A stretch of 49,609 bases of DNA, taken from Methanobacteriota archaeon. GTDB lineage: Archaea; Thermoplasmatota; Thermoplasmata; RBG-16-68-12. This document shows, in pieces, positions 47,528 through 49,609 of the stretch. A program made the translations under genes and the position numbers. The stretch is taken from assembly GCA_005878485.1 (NCBI GenBank), contig VBMG01000038.1, forward strand, positions 1 through 49,609, read 5' to 3'. Each line of letters starts with the position of its first letter. Position 1 is the first letter of the stretch. The notes under the pieces were generated by a model. The model was not told the origin of the DNA and did no database searches. It worked only from the letters and a program-made list of their open reading frames with translations.

Positions 47528-48460
47528 ATGTCGGCCTTCCAGGGGAGGGACGTCCTCTCGATCCGCGACCTCTCGCGGGCGGACATCCAGCTCGTTTTGA
47601 GGACCGCCCGGAAGATGGTGCCGATCGCGGTCGGCGAGAAGCGCTCACGGGCTCTCGAGGGCAAGATCCTCTCCACGATATTCTACGAACCGTCCACGCG
47701 CACCCGCTTGTCGTTCGAGAGCGCGATGGCCCGCCTCGGAGGGCGGGTGCTCGGGTTCAGCAGCGCCGAAGGCACGTCGGTGCAGAAGGGCGAGACCCTC
47801 GCCGACACGATTCGGATGGTCGAGGCGTACAGCGACGCGATCGTCCTGCGCCATCCTCAGGAGGGCGCGGCGCGCCTGGCCGCCGACTTCACGGAAAAGC
47901 CAGTCATCAACGCGGGCGACGGAGCGGGTCAACACCCGACGCAGACCCTGCAGGACCTGTACACGATTTGGGACGAACGGGGCTCGTTCGAGGGCCAGAA
48001 CGTCGTCCTGGTTGGCGACCTCAAGTACGGCCGCACCGTGCATTCGCTCGCCTACGCCCTCGCGGAACTCGGCTCCCACCTGACATTCGTGAGCCCGCCG
48101 ACCCTGGAGATGCCGACGGAGATCCTCGAGCACGTCAAGGAACGCGGCCTGTCGTTCCGGATCGCGCACGGCTTGGAAGAGGTGGTCCGGGACGCGGATG
48201 TCCTGTATGTCACGCGGATCCAAAAGGAACGGTTCCCGGACCCGCAGGAATACGAGAAAGTCGCGGGCTCGTATCGGATCGAGATGGACCTTCTGCGGGA
48301 CGCGAAGCGGGGCCTGATCGTCATGCATCCGCTGCCGCGGGTCACGGAGATCGCGCCGGACGTCGATCGCACGAAGCACGCGGTGTACTTCAAGCAGGCC
48401 TTCAACGGCGTCCCGGTCCGCATGGCCCTCCTGGACCTCATCCTCGGAGGCGGGGCGTGA
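47528..48460 (+). CDS. pyrB: Aspartate carbamoyltransferase catalytic subunit
   Basis: FYEPSTRT, NAGDG..HPTQ, GDLKYGRTVHS, RIQKERF, MHPLPR. Confidence 0.98.
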   Translation: MSAFQGRDVLSIRDLSRADIQLVLRTARKMVPIAVGEKRSRALEGKILSTIFYEPSTRTRLSFESAMARLGGRVLGFSSAEGTSVQKGETLADTIRMVEAYSDAIVLRHPQEGAARLAADFTEKPVINAGDGAGQHPTQTLQDLYTIWDERGSFEGQNVVLVGDLKYGRTVHSLAYALAELGSHLTFVSPPTLEMPTEILEHVKERGLSFRIAHGLEEVVRDADVLYVTRIQKERFPDPQEYEKVAGSYRIEMDLLRDAKRGLIVMHPLPRVTEIAPDVDRTKHAVYFKQAFNGVPVRMALLDLILGGGA

Positions 48461-48912
48461 GAGAACTCCGCGTCACGCCGATCAAGAACGGGACCGTGAT
48501 CGACCACATCCCGGCGGGGCTGGCGCTCAAGGTCCTCAAAATCCTGGGCATCGGCGATTCCGTGACATCGACGGTGACCGTCGCGATGCACGTGCCGAGT
48601 CAGGCGATGGGGTGGAAAGACATCGTCAAGGTCGAGGACCGAGAACTCGCGGCACGGGAGATCGATAAGATCGCGCTGATTGCGCCGAGCGCGACCGTGA
48701 ACGTGATCCGCAACTACAACGTCGCGGAGAAGCGACATCTCACTCTGCCGGACCGCGCGATCGGCATCTTGCGGTGCGCGAATCCGAACTGCATCTCGAA
48801 CGTCCGCGAGCCGATCGAGTCGACGTTCGTTGTGCGCTCCAAGAACCCGCTACGGGTGGTTTGCAAGTACTGCGACCGGGAACTCGAGGACATCGTCGCC
48901 CACATCCTTTGA
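48457..48912 (+). CDS. pyrI: Aspartate carbamoyltransferase regulatory subunit
   Basis: IKNGTVIDHIPAG, KDIVKVE, CANPNCIS, CKYC; GTGA overlap with pyrB. Confidence 0.97.
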   Translation: MRELRVTPIKNGTVIDHIPAGLALKVLKILGIGDSVTSTVTVAMHVPSQAMGWKDIVKVEDRELAAREIDKIALIAPSATVNVIRNYNVAEKRHLTLPDRAIGILRCANPNCISNVREPIESTFVVRSKNPLRVVCKYCDRELEDIVAHIL

Positions 48913-48927
48913 CCACCGTGGGAGCCG

Positions 48928-49416
48928 TCAGCCGGACCAAGACGTCGAGCCGATGACCGCGCCGTCTTTCCAAAGGACTTGCAACGCATATGACGTCGCG
49001 GGGACGAATCCGTCGAGCCCGCTAACCGTGAACGTGTCTGTGGATGTGACGATGCCCTCCTGGGTCGCATCGAACCACGTGACGTAGTAAACTTTCGAAT
49101 TGGCGCTGACTTGCGCAGGACTGCCCGGGGAGGCCATCGGTGCGGTCGATGTGGCCGTTCCGTTTACCGTAAGCCGTACGCTGAGGTCCGCGGGCAGAAG
49201 GCCGGCCGGTCTCATTGAGGCGATGTATGTCGTGGCGAACGACCCGCTGCGGGACGCGGGGCTTAAGGTCATGGAAGGACGAGTGCTACCTCCGGTCGGG
49301 AAGGGCTCCCAGATTCCAACGAACACCAGGGCGATGACTACCCCGATCGCGACGATCGTGATGGCGACAACCCAGACGACGTTGACTCGCTTCTTCGGAC
49401 GGGACGGCAGCGTCAT
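48928..49416 (-). CDS. Membrane-anchored beta-rich surface protein, pilin-like
   Basis: Basic N-terminus, TM helix containing VAITIV, and a Ser/Thr-rich beta-sandwich-like body. Confidence 0.65.
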   Translation of the reverse strand: MTLPSRPKKRVNVVWVVAITIVAIGVVIALVFVGIWEPFPTGGSTRPSMTLSPASRSGSFATTYIASMRPAGLLPADLSVRLTVNGTATSTAPMASPGSPAQVSANSKVYYVTWFDATQEGIVTSTDTFTVSGLDGFVPATSYALQVLWKDGAVIGSTSWSG

Positions 49417-49546
49417 CAGGTAGCGATGCACCCCTCGATTCTTAAGATGCTCGGACCGGATGAGGTCCGCTGAGCTTCTGCGCCCAATCTACCGAAGCGT
49501 TTAAGAACGCCCCCTCAGATACGCGCCTCAGAAGGGATGGTGACTC

Positions 49547-49609
49547 TTGCTCGAAGAGCTATCCGAAATCATCGGGCTCCAAGTCTACACGCAGAACGGC
49601 GTGTTCTTG
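49547..49609 (+). CDS. PRC-barrel domain protein, 5' fragment
   Basis: TTG start after GGTGA: MLEELSEIIGLQVYTQNGVFL, a typical PRC-barrel N-terminus; truncated by the window end. Confidence 0.65.
   Translation, partial: MLEELSEIIGLQVYTQNGVFL

Noticed and set aside
1-49609. CRISPR arrays, IS elements, inteins, defence islands
   Set aside because: No regularly spaced repeats, transposase or integrase motifs, or intein-sized insertions were seen by eye.

Overview
GC-rich archaeal chromosome segment, most consistent with Thermoplasmata. This assignment is inferred from a 23S rRNA gene with no upstream 16S, the toprim-dnaG-'Lon2' ATPase arrangement, TFB, thermosome, psmB-aCPSF1 and TATA-type promoters. 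The window is mostly housekeeping: GINS, dnaG, trm11, alaS, tRNA-Arg(CCT), FKBP PPIase, tfb, M1 aminopeptidase, csaA, kbl/tdh, psmB, aCPSF1/FttA, RPA-like protein, thermosome, trxA and pyrBI. I found no CRISPR array, integrase or transposase. The most unusual block (11.6-20.6 kb) is an acyl-CoA catabolic cluster: an acyl-CoA dehydrogenase, two thiolase-fold proteins lacking the canonical catalytic Cys/His, two DUF35 proteins, a Rab-like small GTPase, and a split B12 mutase with isobutyryl-CoA-mutase residues plus MeaB. Reading outside the ORF track gave two well-formed microproteins (a Cys-rich peptide ending CCGG and a tail-anchored membrane peptide), a frameshifted membrane gene, a probable leaderless uORF, probable CTG start codons, and several structured 5' leaders. 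All calls come from motif recognition by eye; no database searches were run.
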